NCBI GenBank assembly: GCA_965222375.1 | Contig: CBDCTZ010000011.1 | Coordinates: 544,001-608,000, forward strand | Reading direction: 5' to 3' | Length of the DNA: 64,000 nucleotides | Source of the DNA: Polyangiaceae bacterium | Lineage (GTDB): Bacteria > Myxococcota_A > Polyangia > Polyangiales > Polyangiaceae | Part shown: positions 37,874-49,916 of the stretch, in pieces | How the letters are laid out: the number at the start of each line of letters is the position of its first letter | Numbering within the stretch: position 1 is the stretch's first letter | Program-made: the position numbers and the translations under genes | The notes under the pieces: generated by a model | Databases searched by the model: none | Told to the model about the DNA's origin: nothing | The model's input: only the letters and a program-made list of their open reading frames with translations

Positions 37874-38764
37874 TCAGCGCGCGGATTTCCCCGCTGTGCA
37901 GCGCCGCAGCATGGCAGCCAGCTCGCCCACGGCGGGGCGCTGTTCATCCGGACGTGTCAGCAATTGGTAGGGGATCGGCGCCAGCCCCAAGAGCGGGCGC
38001 GCCACCAAGCCCCGAGGCACCCGCACAAAGTCGTTGACGACCGCTAGGCCCATTTTCAGCTGGGCGAAATGCACCATCAGCTCCCAGCCGTTGACTTCGA
38101 CCGCGACTCGCCAGCTGACGCCCGCGCCCAGCAGTGCACGAGACAAGGCCGTTCGGTGCGGCCGCCCGACGGGCGGGACGATGAGCGAGGCGCCCTCCAG
38201 GTCGTCGAGGGAGAGTCGGCGCCGCTTGGCCAAGGGATGACTCCGCGGCAAGACCAACGCCTGGCCTACGGTTGCGAGGACTTCACTATGCAAGTCCGCG
38301 GGCAACTCGCTGAGGGCGGCGACCCCCACGTCGGCGTCGCCACTGCGCAACGCTGCAACCGTCGAAGGTGCGTCGCGGGTCAGTAGCTGCAACGGGTGAG
38401 CCGAGCTTCGGCGATGCTCGCGCAGCGAACCCCCGAGCAAGTACAAGTAGGATCCTTCTCCGGCTGCCAAGCGAACCGGCTCCGTCTTCTTGGAGCCGCG
38501 GAGGCGATCCAAGAACGCTTCGCTACTCGAAATCAAATCCCGAGCGAAGCGCTGTACCTCGACGCCCTGCGGGGTGAGTTCGAGGCGCCGCCCTTTGCGT
38601 CGATACAGGCTGACGTCGAGGTCTTCGGCGAGGCGCTTCACTTGCGCGAACAGCGCCGGCTGGCTGAGGGCGAGTTCTCGCGCCGCATGGGTGAAGTTTC
38701 GGTGCTCGGCGAAGACGATGAAGGCGCGCAGGCGGTCCAGATCGACGGCGTCGAGTTCAATCAT
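37874..38764 (-). CDS. LysR-family regulator
   Basis: NFTHAARELALSQPAL..QVK.L..DL.V.L..R.GR...LT..G. Confidence 0.93.
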   Translation of the reverse strand: MIELDAVDLDRLRAFIVFAEHRNFTHAARELALSQPALFAQVKRLAEDLDVSLYRRKGRRLELTPQGVEVQRFARDLISSSEAFLDRLRGSKKTEPVRLAAGEGSYLYLLGGSLREHRRSSAHPLQLLTRDAPSTVAALRSGDADVGVAALSELPADLHSEVLATVGQALVLPRSHPLAKRRRLSLDDLEGASLIVPPVGRPHRTALSRALLGAGVSWRVAVEVNGWELMVHFAQLKMGLAVVNDFVRVPRGLVARPLLGLAPIPYQLLTRPDEQRPAVGELAAMLRRCTAGKSAR

Positions 38765-38771
38765 AATCATT

Positions 38772-38812
38772 TGCTTATAGCATATCGAAATATATAAGTT
38801 TTCTTGTATTAT
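38772..38812. promoter_or_regulatory. AT-rich LysR operator/divergent promoter region
   Basis: CTTATA...TATAAG and TATAAG-TTTT-CTTGTA inverted repeats in an AT-rich island between divergent genes. Confidence 0.5.
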
Positions 38813-38847
38813 CGGATCCTTATCTTGCTCGTTGAAAGGACAGAACA

Positions 38848-39429
38848 ATGAGCAAGAAACACAAAGCAGAGCGCCCTGGTAGGCGACGCCCCCAACGCGC
38901 CCCGGCTCTCGGCATCGACATCGGTCGGGTGATCATCAGCCCGGTGGGTGAGAGTGGGGCGGACACCCAGTTTCTCAACGGCTCGGAAGCCGAAGCCATG
39001 GCCACGCCTGCTAGCCCAGGCGCATTCGCGGCAATCGCACAACTCTGGAGCTTGTTCCAAGGCCGAGTTTGGATCGTCTCCAAGTGCGGCCCCCGCGTGC
39101 AAGCGCGTTCGCGACGCTGGCTGGTCCAGAGCGGATTTCACACGCAGACTGGCGTGCCCCAGGAGCATTTGCGCTTCTGTCGCGAGCGCCGCGACAAGGC
39201 GATTCATGCCCGTCAGCTCGGGTTGACCCACTTCGTGGACGATCGAGCCGACGTGCTGCGTCACTTGGAAGGACTGGTCGAGCACCGCCTCCTGTTCGGG
39301 CCGCAACGCAAGGCCGTCCCCTCTTGGGCGGTTTGGGTTGAAGACTGGGCTGCGACCCAGCGCGCGATCACTCGGGCGCTGGCGGCTCGCAGTCCCGACT
39401 CAGGTACTCAGGAGGCACGTGCTTCGTGA
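38848..39429 (+). CDS. HAD-superfamily-like protein
   Basis: LGIDIGRVI motif I-like, IVSKC, K...A..LG.THFVDDR. Confidence 0.65.
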   Translation: MSKKHKAERPGRRRPQRAPALGIDIGRVIISPVGESGADTQFLNGSEAEAMATPASPGAFAAIAQLWSLFQGRVWIVSKCGPRVQARSRRWLVQSGFHTQTGVPQEHLRFCRERRDKAIHARQLGLTHFVDDRADVLRHLEGLVEHRLLFGPQRKAVPSWAVWVEDWAATQRAITRALAARSPDSGTQEARAS

Positions 39430-39934
39430 GCCAAACGCCGTTCGGTGCGCGAAATAGTTCGTGCCCGTCTCGGGCCATGTCGCCAGAGCGGACCACCAAG
39501 ATGGTGGGCCGCTTTCGGCGGCGGGCGACGAGCTGCGCCGCGGGTCGATCTCCGCTCAAGTGCACGTGCTGTCGCCGGCTCGGCCGCAGTCCTTCGATCA
39601 TGATCTGCACGACGACGTCTGCGCCGGTGCCGTGGAAGGTCAGCTCCGGCGGCGCCTTGGGCTCGTAGCCCAGCTCGACGCCCACGGAGTGACCTTGAAC
39701 AGCTCGTACCCGGTTGCCATCGCCGCTGAGTTCGAAGCGCTGCTTGTCGCTTTCCACCACCACTTGGACCAGTTCTGCGCCGGAAAACTCGAAGCCCTCG
39801 CGAGCGCTGGCGTGGCGTAGCTCTTTGCACCACAGCCAGCCTCCAGGTGCGAGCTCGAGCCCGAGCGCATCCGGGCGATGACGCAGCACCCAGCTCAAGT
39901 ACTTGCTGAGCTGACGATGCCTCCTCGCGTCCAT
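39368..39934 (-). CDS. kptA: RNA 2'-phosphotransferase (Tpt1/KptA)
   Basis: LS.VLRH.P, SDKQRF, RA.QGHS, FHGT, RQHVHLS, NGVWLT. Confidence 0.92.
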   Translation of the reverse strand: MDARRHRQLSKYLSWVLRHRPDALGLELAPGGWLWCKELRHASAREGFEFSGAELVQVVVESDKQRFELSGDGNRVRAVQGHSVGVELGYEPKAPPELTFHGTGADVVVQIMIEGLRPSRRQHVHLSGDRPAAQLVARRRKRPTILVVRSGDMARDGHELFRAPNGVWLTKHVPPEYLSRDCEPPAPE

Positions 39935-39999
39935 GCGCAGCAGGGTATGCAATGAGCGGCTTGGCTCCAACCCTGCAGATGAGCAGCGCGCCCGAAACC

Positions 40000-40075
40000 C
40001 AGTGCGGCACGTTTCGTGAGGACCTCTACTACCGGGTTGGCGTGGTGGAAATCGCGCTGCCCCCTCTGCGCGTGT
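40000..40075 (+). pseudogene. Remnant of a sigma-54 activator AAA+ domain
   Basis: GTFREDLYYRVGVVEIALPPLR with no Walker A or GAFTGA nearby. Confidence 0.6.
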
Positions 40076-40231
40076 CCGAGGAAAAGACAGTGCAGCGCGC
40101 AAGGGTGGCTGAGGTTCGTTGGCTCCCTGGGGCCCCGGGGCCGGGCAACGGCTGCTCTTCGAGAAGGTCGGTTCCGGATTGTCGACGTTTCCTCTAGTCT
40201 TCAGGCTACGGACCCTCACCCAGGATCGCTC

Positions 40232-40657
40232 ATGTTCGACCGAATGGCCCGAGAGGAGCTCACCGCGGCTATTGCTGCGGCGGAGCTAGGTCACCGTGGC
40301 GAGTTGCGTGTACATCTGGAGCGCCGCCTCCCGAAAGGCAAGGCGCCGAAGGACCGCGCCCAAGAGCTCTACGAGTCCTTCGGCATGGACCGAACCGCCG
40401 AAGACACGGCAGTGCTGCTCTACCTCGCCTTCGACGTCGGGCGCTGCGCGCTGCATGCAGGTTCCGGCGTGAAAGATGCGGCCGCATCTGGTTTCTGGCA
40501 GAGCGTCGTTGGCGAAATCGAGAAAGGCTTTTCCATCGGGGAGCCCTTGGCAGGCCTGTGCGCCGCTGTCGAGCAGATCGGTGACCTGCTGCGCGAGCAC
40601 GCTCCGGGTGAAGATGTCGCCGGTAACGAACTGCCGGATGCAGTGACCATGTCCTGA
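40232..40657 (+). CDS. TPM-domain (DUF477-like) protein
   Basis: AIAAAE..H.GELRVH, A..LY..FGM..T....AVLLY, NELPD. Confidence 0.8.
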   Translation: MFDRMAREELTAAIAAAELGHRGELRVHLERRLPKGKAPKDRAQELYESFGMDRTAEDTAVLLYLAFDVGRCALHAGSGVKDAAASGFWQSVVGEIEKGFSIGEPLAGLCAAVEQIGDLLREHAPGEDVAGNELPDAVTMS

Positions 40658-40819
40658 ACGTCTGCAACAGCCGATGCCTGCGAAACGGCGGCGGCGCAGG
40701 TTGGCCTAAGGGCGAGAGTGGTGGCCCAGTGCCGGCCGAATGACCCGACCCCAAGTACGAGATCGAAGTAGAGTTGCGTTGGGAGGGTTGGTCTGGGGCG
40801 TTTTGTGGCTCCTTCGTGA

Positions 40820-42400
<1,581 letters not shown>

Positions 42401-42406
42401 GAAACG

Positions 42407-45400
42407 ATGCTGAAGCCGTCTAGGCCGGCACTTCCGCGCATCACTGCGCATTGGCGCGACTTGTTTCACGCGCTGATGCCCTGCCGCGTCCGGGAGGTCC
42501 TTCTCGTTTCGTCGGCCTACGACGCATTTCTACTCGAAGAGGACGGTCCCCTGACCCGCCGGGTCTTCGCGACATTTTCCGAACTCGACCTCAGCTGGGC
42601 TCCCCGTATCACTCACGCATCATCGTCGGCGGATGCGCTTGCGTTGTTGAAGCGCCGTCCGTTTCAGCTGGTGTTGGTGGCCACGTCCTTGCAGGGCGTG
42701 GATGCGGCGGAAGTGGGCCGAGCGATCCGAGAGCAGCACCCCGACCTGCCGATCGTATTGATGGTTTTCGACGAGGCACAGTTGGCGGGCTTCGACGAAC
42801 CCGATGCGCCAAGCTGTTTCGACGAAGTGTTCTTGTGGAGTGGGGACGCCGGCATGCTCATCGCCGTCGTCAAGCTGATCGAGGACTCTTTAAACGTACA
42901 GCATGACGTCAAAGGTGGGGATGTTCAGGTGATCTTGGTCGTGGAGGACCGCGTACGCACGTACTCCAACTTCTTGGCGCTGCTGTATCCAGAGATGCTG
43001 CGGCAATCGCGCTCCTTGGTTGCCGAGGGCGTCAACGAGTGGCACCGACTTCTGCGTATCCACGCACGTCCGAAGATCATCTTGGTCAAGACTTTCGAGC
43101 AAGCCATCCAGATCTGTGACCGCTGGGCCGACAACCTGATGGGTGTGATCAGCGATGTGTCGTTTCCGCGCGATGGCCGCGAGCAAGAGGACGCGGGCGT
43201 GGAGTTGGCCCGCATCGTACGCCAGCGCGACGACCCACCACCGATGCTGCTGCAGTCCACGGATCCGTCGGTGATCGAACAGGCCCGCGAGCTGGACGTG
43301 TGGTTCGTCGACAAGAACGCACCGGATTTCATGACCACCGTGCGGCGCTTCCTGCAGGAGCAACTTGGATTCGGCGAATTCAAGTTCTTGGCGGACGACG
43401 GGCACACCATCACGACTGCGCGCAGCGTTCGGGAGATGGCCGAAGCTCTGGACACGGTTCCTCTAGAGTCGATCCTGCATCACGCGCGTCGCCACGACTT
43501 TTCACGCTGGCTCAAAGCGCGCTCCATGTTCCAGATCGCGCGGCATACCCGGGGGGTCTACATCTCGGATTTCCGCACTCCGGATCGCATTCGTTCCTAC
43601 TTACAGGACGTGCTCCACGAAGCCTCGGATCACGATCAAGCTGGAGTGGTTACGGATCTTGCGGCGGGTGCGCGGTCCCCGAGCAACCGCTTCATGCGAC
43701 TGGGTAGCGGCTCCATTGGCGGCAAGGCGCGCAGCATCGGCTTCGTCAGTGCGCTGCTGGTGCGCAGTCAGCTGCTCGATCGCTTTCCTGATCTGGAGAT
43801 TCGGATCCCGAAAACCGTTGCCATCAGCGTCGAGGAATTCGATGCGTTCATGAGTCGGGTCGACCTCAGGTCTATCGAAGGGAAAGACGACGCGGACGTG
43901 CGGCGACAGATGATGGAGGTGCCCCTTTCTCCGGAGCTTCTCGCCGAACTCCGCGAGGCCTACGCGGAACTGCAGGGCCCATTGGCGGTTCGCTCTTCGA
44001 GTCTGCGCGAAGACGCGCGTTTCCAACCCTTCGCCGGCGTGTACGCGACCTACATGTTGCCGAACAACCATCCGGATCCCGAGGTGCGCTTCTCGGAGCT
44101 GGGGCGAGCGATCAAGTCGGTCTACGCATCGATGTTTGCTCACCGTGCTCGCAAGTACGCCGCGGGTCGTCCCCACTCCGCCGAGGACGAGAAGATGGCG
44201 GTCATCGTGCAACAGGTCGTGGGGCAGCAGTTCGGCGATCGCTTCTACCCGCACATCTCCGGGGTCGCACAGTCCTTCAACTACTATCCAATCGGGGCGC
44301 AGCAGGCGAACGAGGGCCTGGCGGTGATCGTGCTGGGCATGGGGCAGATGGCGGTTTCAGGCGCGGGCGGTCTGCGCTTCAGCCCGGCGCACCCCAACGT
44401 GTTGCCCCAGTTTTCACGCCCGCAGCAAGTTCTGAAGAACTCCCAACAGCAATTCTACGCACTGGATCTTAGCTCTCCCATCGTCGACCTGAGCGCAGAT
44501 CCCTCTGAGCTTCTGCGCTTGTGGGACCTGAAAACCGCAGAAGAAGACGGCACCCTGCTGCTCGCTGGCAGCGTTTACTGTCAACAAGACAATGCTATAC
44601 GCGAGGGCCTCGCACTGAAGGGGCCCCGGGTGATCACCTTCAACAACGTGCTCAAGTGGGACGCCATTCCCTTGGCAGAGGCAATCCAGGAGCTACTCAA
44701 AGTGGTCGGTGGCGCGATGAGCTCGGAAGTCGAAATCGAGTTTGCCGTCGATATGGGCGATTGGGGTCGCCACGTCTCGGATGTGCGGCGCGCGCACGTT
44801 CCGCGGCTGTATGTCCTGCAGGCGCGGCCCATGGCGGGCCCAGAAAACGAATCCGCAGACTTCGACATTGGGGAGCTCGACGAAGAAGAGGTCGTGATCC
44901 GTACAGAACGCTCCCTTGGCAATGGTCGCATCGAGGACGTGCGCGACGTCGTCTATGTTTCCGACTCGGACCTGACCTCCGCCGACACGCCGCAGGTGGC
45001 GCGCGAGATTCACGAGGTTGACCAGGAACTCGGCGAACACGGTCGGCGCTATCTCCTGATCGGGCCGGGCCGTTGGGGCTCCGCAGACGCGTCTTTGGGC
45101 ATTCCGGTGGACTGGCCGCAGATCTGTCATGCCCGGGTGATCGTCGAGACGCCGTTGCGTGGTGAGTTCCTCGAGTCGTCCCAAGGCACGCACTTCTTTC
45201 ACAATCTCACCACCGCGCGGATCGGCTACCTGACGGTGACTCCTCAGGCTGACGCCTTCATCGACCAGGCTTGGCTGGACGCTCTGCCCGCGGCGCGCGA
45301 GGCTGGTCGGGTGCGTCACGTGCGGCTCGACGCCCCGCTCCGAATCATGCTCGACGGCCGCAACGGTCGCGCTGCGATCCTCCGCCCGAAGGAGCCCTAG
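42407..45400 (+). CDS. Receiver-domain + PEP/pyruvate-binding (PPDK_N ATP-grasp) protein
   Basis: Two receiver-like segments; GSIGGKAR, LAVRSSSL.ED, FAGVY.T, MAVIVQ, EIEFA, LQARP, PGRWGS. Confidence 0.85.
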   Translation: MLKPSRPALPRITAHWRDLFHALMPCRVREVLLVSSAYDAFLLEEDGPLTRRVFATFSELDLSWAPRITHASSSADALALLKRRPFQLVLVATSLQGVDAAEVGRAIREQHPDLPIVLMVFDEAQLAGFDEPDAPSCFDEVFLWSGDAGMLIAVVKLIEDSLNVQHDVKGGDVQVILVVEDRVRTYSNFLALLYPEMLRQSRSLVAEGVNEWHRLLRIHARPKIILVKTFEQAIQICDRWADNLMGVISDVSFPRDGREQEDAGVELARIVRQRDDPPPMLLQSTDPSVIEQARELDVWFVDKNAPDFMTTVRRFLQEQLGFGEFKFLADDGHTITTARSVREMAEALDTVPLESILHHARRHDFSRWLKARSMFQIARHTRGVYISDFRTPDRIRSYLQDVLHEASDHDQAGVVTDLAAGARSPSNRFMRLGSGSIGGKARSIGFVSALLVRSQLLDRFPDLEIRIPKTVAISVEEFDAFMSRVDLRSIEGKDDADVRRQMMEVPLSPELLAELREAYAELQGPLAVRSSSLREDARFQPFAGVYATYMLPNNHPDPEVRFSELGRAIKSVYASMFAHRARKYAAGRPHSAEDEKMAVIVQQVVGQQFGDRFYPHISGVAQSFNYYPIGAQQANEGLAVIVLGMGQMAVSGAGGLRFSPAHPNVLPQFSRPQQVLKNSQQQFYALDLSSPIVDLSADPSELLRLWDLKTAEEDGTLLLAGSVYCQQDNAIREGLALKGPRVITFNNVLKWDAIPLAEAIQELLKVVGGAMSSEVEIEFAVDMGDWGRHVSDVRRAHVPRLYVLQARPMAGPENESADFDIGELDEEEVVIRTERSLGNGRIEDVRDVVYVSDSDLTSADTPQVAREIHEVDQELGEHGRRYLLIGPGRWGSADASLGIPVDWPQICHARVIVETPLRGEFLESSQGTHFFHNLTTARIGYLTVTPQADAFIDQAWLDALPAAREAGRVRHVRLDAPLRIMLDGRNGRAAILRPKEP

Positions 45401-45478
45401 CGGCGGTTGGAGCGCGCCGTCCACGCTCGGCGCGAGGCGTGTTAGCGGTCATGAAAAAGGGCGCATAGATGGGCGCGT

Positions 45479-46246
45479 CTAAGTGGGCTTGTTCGCCTTT
45501 TTGGAGGCGGCGCGTTCTTTGGCTTCCTTTGCGCGGTAACTCTGGCCCTGGATGTGGATGACTTCGCAGCGGTGGATGAGGCGATCGACCAAGGTGACGA
45601 CGCAGGCGGCGTGGGGAAAGACGTCGGGCCACTCGCTGAAGGGCTTGTTCGTGGTCAGGACGACGGGCTTGAGCGCCTCGTAGCGTCTGGTGACGACCTC
45701 GAAGAGCAGATCGGCATAGCGGCTGTCGTAGGAAAGGTAACCGACCTCGTCGACGCACAGGAGCTGCGGGTGGGTGTATTGGCGCAGGCGACGGCTGAGG
45801 GCGGCGCTGCTGTCTTGACCCGCAAGTTCGTTGAGCATGGCGCTGGCTGTGGTGAAACGCACCGTATAGCCGCGCATCACGCAGTGATGTGCGAGATTTT
45901 TGAGCAACATCGTCTTGCCGACGCCGTTGGGCCCAAGCAACACGGCATTGGCGCCTTCGGCGAATAGGTTGAGGCGAAAGAGCTCGTCGACGGAGCTCTT
46001 GTCGATCTTCTTCGGCCACTTCCAATCGAAGTCGGTGAGCGGCTTGAATCGACCCAGCCGGGCATTTTTGATGCGACGCTCCAGACTGCGCCGGGTGCGT
46101 TCGGCTTCCTCGTAGGCGAGCAACGGACCAAGCCAATCTGCGCTCACCACGTCGTCCCAGTTGGCCAGAAGACCGTGCAACCCCAGGCGGTGCGCACGCT
46201 CTCGCAGATCCTTGTCAGCCTGATCGCTCGTCGTCGTTGTCATCAT
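45479..46246 (-). CDS. istB: IstB AAA+ ATPase
   Basis: [38 protein letters not shown]. Confidence 0.95.
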   Translation of the reverse strand: MMTTTTSDQADKDLRERAHRLGLHGLLANWDDVVSADWLGPLLAYEEAERTRRSLERRIKNARLGRFKPLTDFDWKWPKKIDKSSVDELFRLNLFAEGANAVLLGPNGVGKTMLLKNLAHHCVMRGYTVRFTTASAMLNELAGQDSSAALSRRLRQYTHPQLLCVDEVGYLSYDSRYADLLFEVVTRRYEALKPVVLTTNKPFSEWPDVFPHAACVVTLVDRLIHRCEVIHIQGQSYRAKEAKERAASKKANKPT

Positions 46247-47726
46247 CGTCTCTCCCAATACCGTCGTAGTCGCTGAGTGAATGCGGGGTGACGACCGGGC
46301 CTTGCACGCGGTCGTCGTCGGGAAGATGTCGCCCCACGGGTGGAGGGGTGCCGCGCTCGTAGCGGCGTCGCTCCAGGACGTGGTGCACAGCCGCAAGGTG
46401 TGGTGTGCCGAGTTGCACAACCTCGGCCAGCGCAGCTTCCAGCTCCGCGGCCCCAACTCGGTCCAGCTGCTTGAGCATCGCAATCGTCGCGCCGCCCAAG
46501 TTCTTGCCCTGCTCGGCCAGCACTTTGAAAAGCTTTCGGGAAGATGGCGCCGCGTGATGCAAGCGATCAAGGCCGCGATGCGCGTGGGCTTGCCGTTTCC
46601 ACTCTGCAAGCGCCGCAATGTGTGCCGGCTCCTCGATCGCCTGACGGCGATCCCAGCACCGGGCGTGCTCCGCGATGGTGTCTTCACCGTCGAGGACACG
46701 CACGGTCGTCATGCTTGCCACCACGGTGAGGCTCCTGCGTGTATGCGTTGCCGGAATGGAGTAGTCGTTCAGGTCGAAACGCACGTAGGGCGTCTTGCCC
46801 ACGGCAACCTCGATGCGCTCGTCGGTCAAAAATGGATTGCTCGGTAGCTCCAACAGACGCGGCTTCTCTTCGGCGAAGGCCTCCGAGACGTTCAGGGTCT
46901 CATCCTCGGGACAACGACGCTCCGCCGCAGTGCCCAGGCACCAGTCGAGTGCTTGCTCATTCAGATCGTCGAGATCGCGATACTCGCGTGCGGCGAAGAA
47001 GCTGGATCTGATGTAGCGGATCGCGCGCTCGACGCGGCCCTTCTCATTGCCGCGTGCCACCGCGACTGGGCGTGGCTCGTAGCGATAGTGGCCAGCTAAC
47101 TCCAGCAGCGTGGGGTGAAAACGGATCGCATCGCCCTTGCGCTCCAGCACCGCACTCTTGAGATTGTCGTACAGCAGGACCCGTGGAACGCCTGCCCAGA
47201 AATCAAACGCAGACACATGCCCGTGAAGAAAACTCGACATGTTGGCGTTCAGGTAGAAGCGTAGAAACACCATCCGCGACCAGCTGAGCACCATCACAAA
47301 TGCCATCAGCTGCCGGCTCGCTCGCCCAACTGAAAGAGTCCCGAAATGCGCCCAATCCACTTGGCCCTGTTCGCCAGGCAGCGTGCGCAAACGCATGTAC
47401 GCTTCCGCTGTTGGTCGCGGTCTGTGTCGAGCGACGATGCGGCGAAAATGATCTGAGCCGCCCTGGTAGCCCCGCTCTTTCGCCATCGCGTAAACGCGGA
47501 TCGCCGGCAGCTTCGGGTACTGCGCCAGCGTCTCGATGATCAGTGGGACGTAGGGATCGGTAATTGACGGACGCAGACTCCGGGACACCGTGTCGACCCC
47601 GGCGTCTCGCAGGACACGCCGCACCGTGCCGTGGTGGATGCCAAGCTGCTGGGCAATCGTCCCGATCTTCCACTTCTCCGCGTGGTACAGCCGGAGGATT
47701 TCGGCTCTGCGCTCCTTGCTGATCAC
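46215..47726 (-). CDS. istA: IstA DDE transposase
   Basis: N-terminal [44 protein letters not shown]. Confidence 0.95.
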   Translation of the reverse strand: MISKERRAEILRLYHAEKWKIGTIAQQLGIHHGTVRRVLRDAGVDTVSRSLRPSITDPYVPLIIETLAQYPKLPAIRVYAMAKERGYQGGSDHFRRIVARHRPRPTAEAYMRLRTLPGEQGQVDWAHFGTLSVGRASRQLMAFVMVLSWSRMVFLRFYLNANMSSFLHGHVSAFDFWAGVPRVLLYDNLKSAVLERKGDAIRFHPTLLELAGHYRYEPRPVAVARGNEKGRVERAIRYIRSSFFAAREYRDLDDLNEQALDWCLGTAAERRCPEDETLNVSEAFAEEKPRLLELPSNPFLTDERIEVAVGKTPYVRFDLNDYSIPATHTRRSLTVVASMTTVRVLDGEDTIAEHARCWDRRQAIEEPAHIAALAEWKRQAHAHRGLDRLHHAAPSSRKLFKVLAEQGKNLGGATIAMLKQLDRVGAAELEAALAEVVQLGTPHLAAVHHVLERRRYERGTPPPVGRHLPDDDRVQGPVVTPHSLSDYDGIGRDDDDNDDERSG

Positions 47727-48073
47727 CGCGCACCTCGTCCACGCATGCGACGAAAGTCACCCACGCCTCGTAGGCGCTTTGGGCGGGCGCGGCCGGCGAC
47801 CTCGTACTGCACGAGTTGGCTTTCCCCGGGCCATAGCTCGTCGCCAAACAGCCCCGAGTCGAGCCAACTTGGGCAGTTCTGCTCCGCAGTAATCGCAACG
47901 CAGAGCTTCGCCCCGCTCCACAGCGCGAGCCCTTCGAGCAATGTCAGAAGAGCGCGAGGGTGAGACGGTCGCAGCGACAGCCTCGCTTTCAGCACATCCC
48001 CTTGTTCCGGAGACGTCACCAGAAGCTGCATCTCCGTTTTCGAAACCTGAAGCTGGGCTGTCAGACGCATCAT
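47723..48073 (-). CDS. IS-internal hypothetical protein, coupled to istA
   Basis: Stop overlaps istA start (GTGA); DVLKARL...[18 protein letters not shown]. Confidence 0.6.
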   Translation of the reverse strand: MMRLTAQLQVSKTEMQLLVTSPEQGDVLKARLSLRPSHPRALLTLLEGLALWSGAKLCVAITAEQNCPSWLDSGLFGDELWPGESQLVQYEVAGRARPKRLRGVGDFRRMRGRGAR

Positions 48074-48390
48074 TGGGGTTAGCCTCGAGGACGGCGTGCC
48101 GTGCCGCCTCACTCTCGGGTCCACTGCTGCGCCCGCTGGCGTCTAATGACGAGGGGTGATGCGTCACTTTTTCTCGCCGCCGCGCCCGGTGACGGGCTTG
48201 TCGCTCTGCGTGAAGCCGCGCTCCACGGCGCGTGCGCTGGTACCGAGCCCCCGCCTCTCGCACGCTTTGGCTGCGACTTATTGAAGCGCAGTCACTGCTG
48301 CAATACAGCTGCCCTCGGTCGCAACGTTGGCAAAGCTTCACCTGGCCGTGGCACCGCTGACAGTTGAAAAGCCGGAACGAATCGCTGATC
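47757..48390 (-). CDS. IS-internal Cys-rich zinc-finger-like protein (start uncertain; 3' part overlaps the next ORF)
   Basis: Frame reads FRLFNCQRCHGQVKLCQRCDRGQLYCS.DC...RYQ...G...HA.RQ..HR; open upstream of GTG 48341. Confidence 0.55.
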
Positions 48391-48725
48391 GCGGACTCCG
48401 CCCAGCAGTTTTCTGGATCCGTACGCCGCTATCAGCGATGCTTGCGCCACAACTGATCGCGGTTGGAAAGGCTCGGGTTGCGCCCCGGGCCTTTCATCTA
48501 TCTGGGCATCGAGATCATCCAAGCGCCCACCCGACCGGGCCCAATTTCACGCGCTCTATCCGACGGCGTAAATCCGGGCATCACTCACGCGCAAATATGG
48601 GCACCTCCGCCATGCCGCCCACTTAGACGCCGTTTCGGATGCCCGTTGACAAGGCGCGATGGCGGCCGTCGTCGAAATTCCGTATGCTTCGTATCACCTG
48701 GCACTTCGCCGGGTTGGAGATGCCC

Positions 48726-49817
48726 ATGAGCAAACAAGACGATCTGAGTCGCCGTCGTTTTCTGGGAGCCGCAACAACTTTGGCCGGTGTGACCCTGACG
48801 CCAGAGGTATTCGCTGCGGACAAGGCGGACAAGAAGAAAGCGTATATCGAGAGCCTGATCGCGAAGCCTCCCGCCGGGTTCAATCCCTATACCTCCAAGG
48901 GCAAGATCGTGAAGGTCACCAAGAGCGGGGACTTCGGCTCGATGATGCAGAAGAACCTGCTCTGGCCCAAGCCGGACGTTGCTCGCAGGATGTTGGAAAA
49001 AGCCCTCACGACTTTCACGGGCAAGTCCACCATCGCGCAGTCACTCGGGAAGTTCATTCACAAGAACGACTCGGTCGCCATCAAGGTCAATGGTATCGCC
49101 GGCCAGAGCGGCGGCACCATGGCCGTGAACTTCGAGCTGATCTTGCCAGTGGTCGAAGGTCTGATCGAACTCGGCGTGCCGCCGAACAAGATTGTCGTCT
49201 TCGAGCAGTTCGGTAGCTACTTGCGCGGCACGCGAATCAACGTCAAGGGCAACAAGCTTCCAAAGGGCGTCAAGGCGAAGATCCACGGCAACGGCCTGAC
49301 CAAAATGAAGAAGATCGCGGTTTTCGAGAAGATCCGCACGCAGTACGTCAAATTCTTCACGGAGGCGACTGCGGTGATCGACATGACGCAAATCAAGGAT
49401 CACTCGATCTGTGGCTACACGGGCTGTCTGAAGAACATCAGCCACGGCTGCATCACCAATCCCCAGAAGCATCACGCCCACAAGGCCAGCCCGCAGATCG
49501 CCGTACTCTACAATCACCCGATCGTGACGAGTCGAGTGCGACTGCACATCACTGACGGCTACAAGATCATCTACGACCAAGGGCCCCTCGACAAGAATCC
49601 GAAGCGCCGCATCCCCCACGGCGCGGTGTACGTCTCGACGGACCCAGTGGCCATGGACACCATCGGGTGGAAGATCATCGACGCGGCGCGCAAGGACAAC
49701 GGCATGAAGAGCCTCAAGCAAGTGCGTCGTGAGCCGACCTACATTGCCAAGGCTGCGGACTTCGGCCTCGGAGAGCATTCCCTGAGCAAGATCCGGATGA
49801 AGGAAGTGAGCATCTAG
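48726..49817 (+). CDS. Tat-exported DUF362-family protein
   Basis: SRRRFLG; VAIKVN, KDHSICGYTGCLKN, S.DPVAMD. Confidence 0.8.
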   Translation: MSKQDDLSRRRFLGAATTLAGVTLTPEVFAADKADKKKAYIESLIAKPPAGFNPYTSKGKIVKVTKSGDFGSMMQKNLLWPKPDVARRMLEKALTTFTGKSTIAQSLGKFIHKNDSVAIKVNGIAGQSGGTMAVNFELILPVVEGLIELGVPPNKIVVFEQFGSYLRGTRINVKGNKLPKGVKAKIHGNGLTKMKKIAVFEKIRTQYVKFFTEATAVIDMTQIKDHSICGYTGCLKNISHGCITNPQKHHAHKASPQIAVLYNHPIVTSRVRLHITDGYKIIYDQGPLDKNPKRRIPHGAVYVSTDPVAMDTIGWKIIDAARKDNGMKSLKQVRREPTYIAKAADFGLGEHSLSKIRMKEVSI

Positions 49818-49916
49818 CCAGCCGGATTTGGGCGCGATTCCCCCGCGTTGGGGGGCCTTGGACAACATGACGGTTTGCTGACGAAGATCGCGCCGCCGCC
49901 GTCCTAGGCTGCAGGC

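Larger units (their letters stand above)
45440..48651 (-). mobile_element. IS21-family element, 3212 bp, with 5-bp target duplication AGGCG
   Basis: Imperfect ~36-bp terminal IRs TGTTAGCGGTCATGAAAAAGGGCGCATAGATGGGCG / TGTCAACGGGCATCCGAAACGGCGTCTAAGTGGGCG; AGGCG at 45435-45439 and 48652-48656. Confidence 0.9.

Noticed and set aside
42407..45400. PEP synthase (ppsA)
   Set aside because: Only the nucleotide-binding domain is recognisable; no pyruvate-binding barrel
46247..46699. N-terminal extension of istB (406-aa ORF)
   Set aside because: Overlaps the istA 3' end in another frame; IstB similarity starts near 46246
48646..48690. Hybrid sigma-70 promoter from the IS-end TTGACA driving the DUF362 gene
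   Set aside because: No -10 hexamer at 16-18 bp spacing; TATGCT lies about 31 bp away
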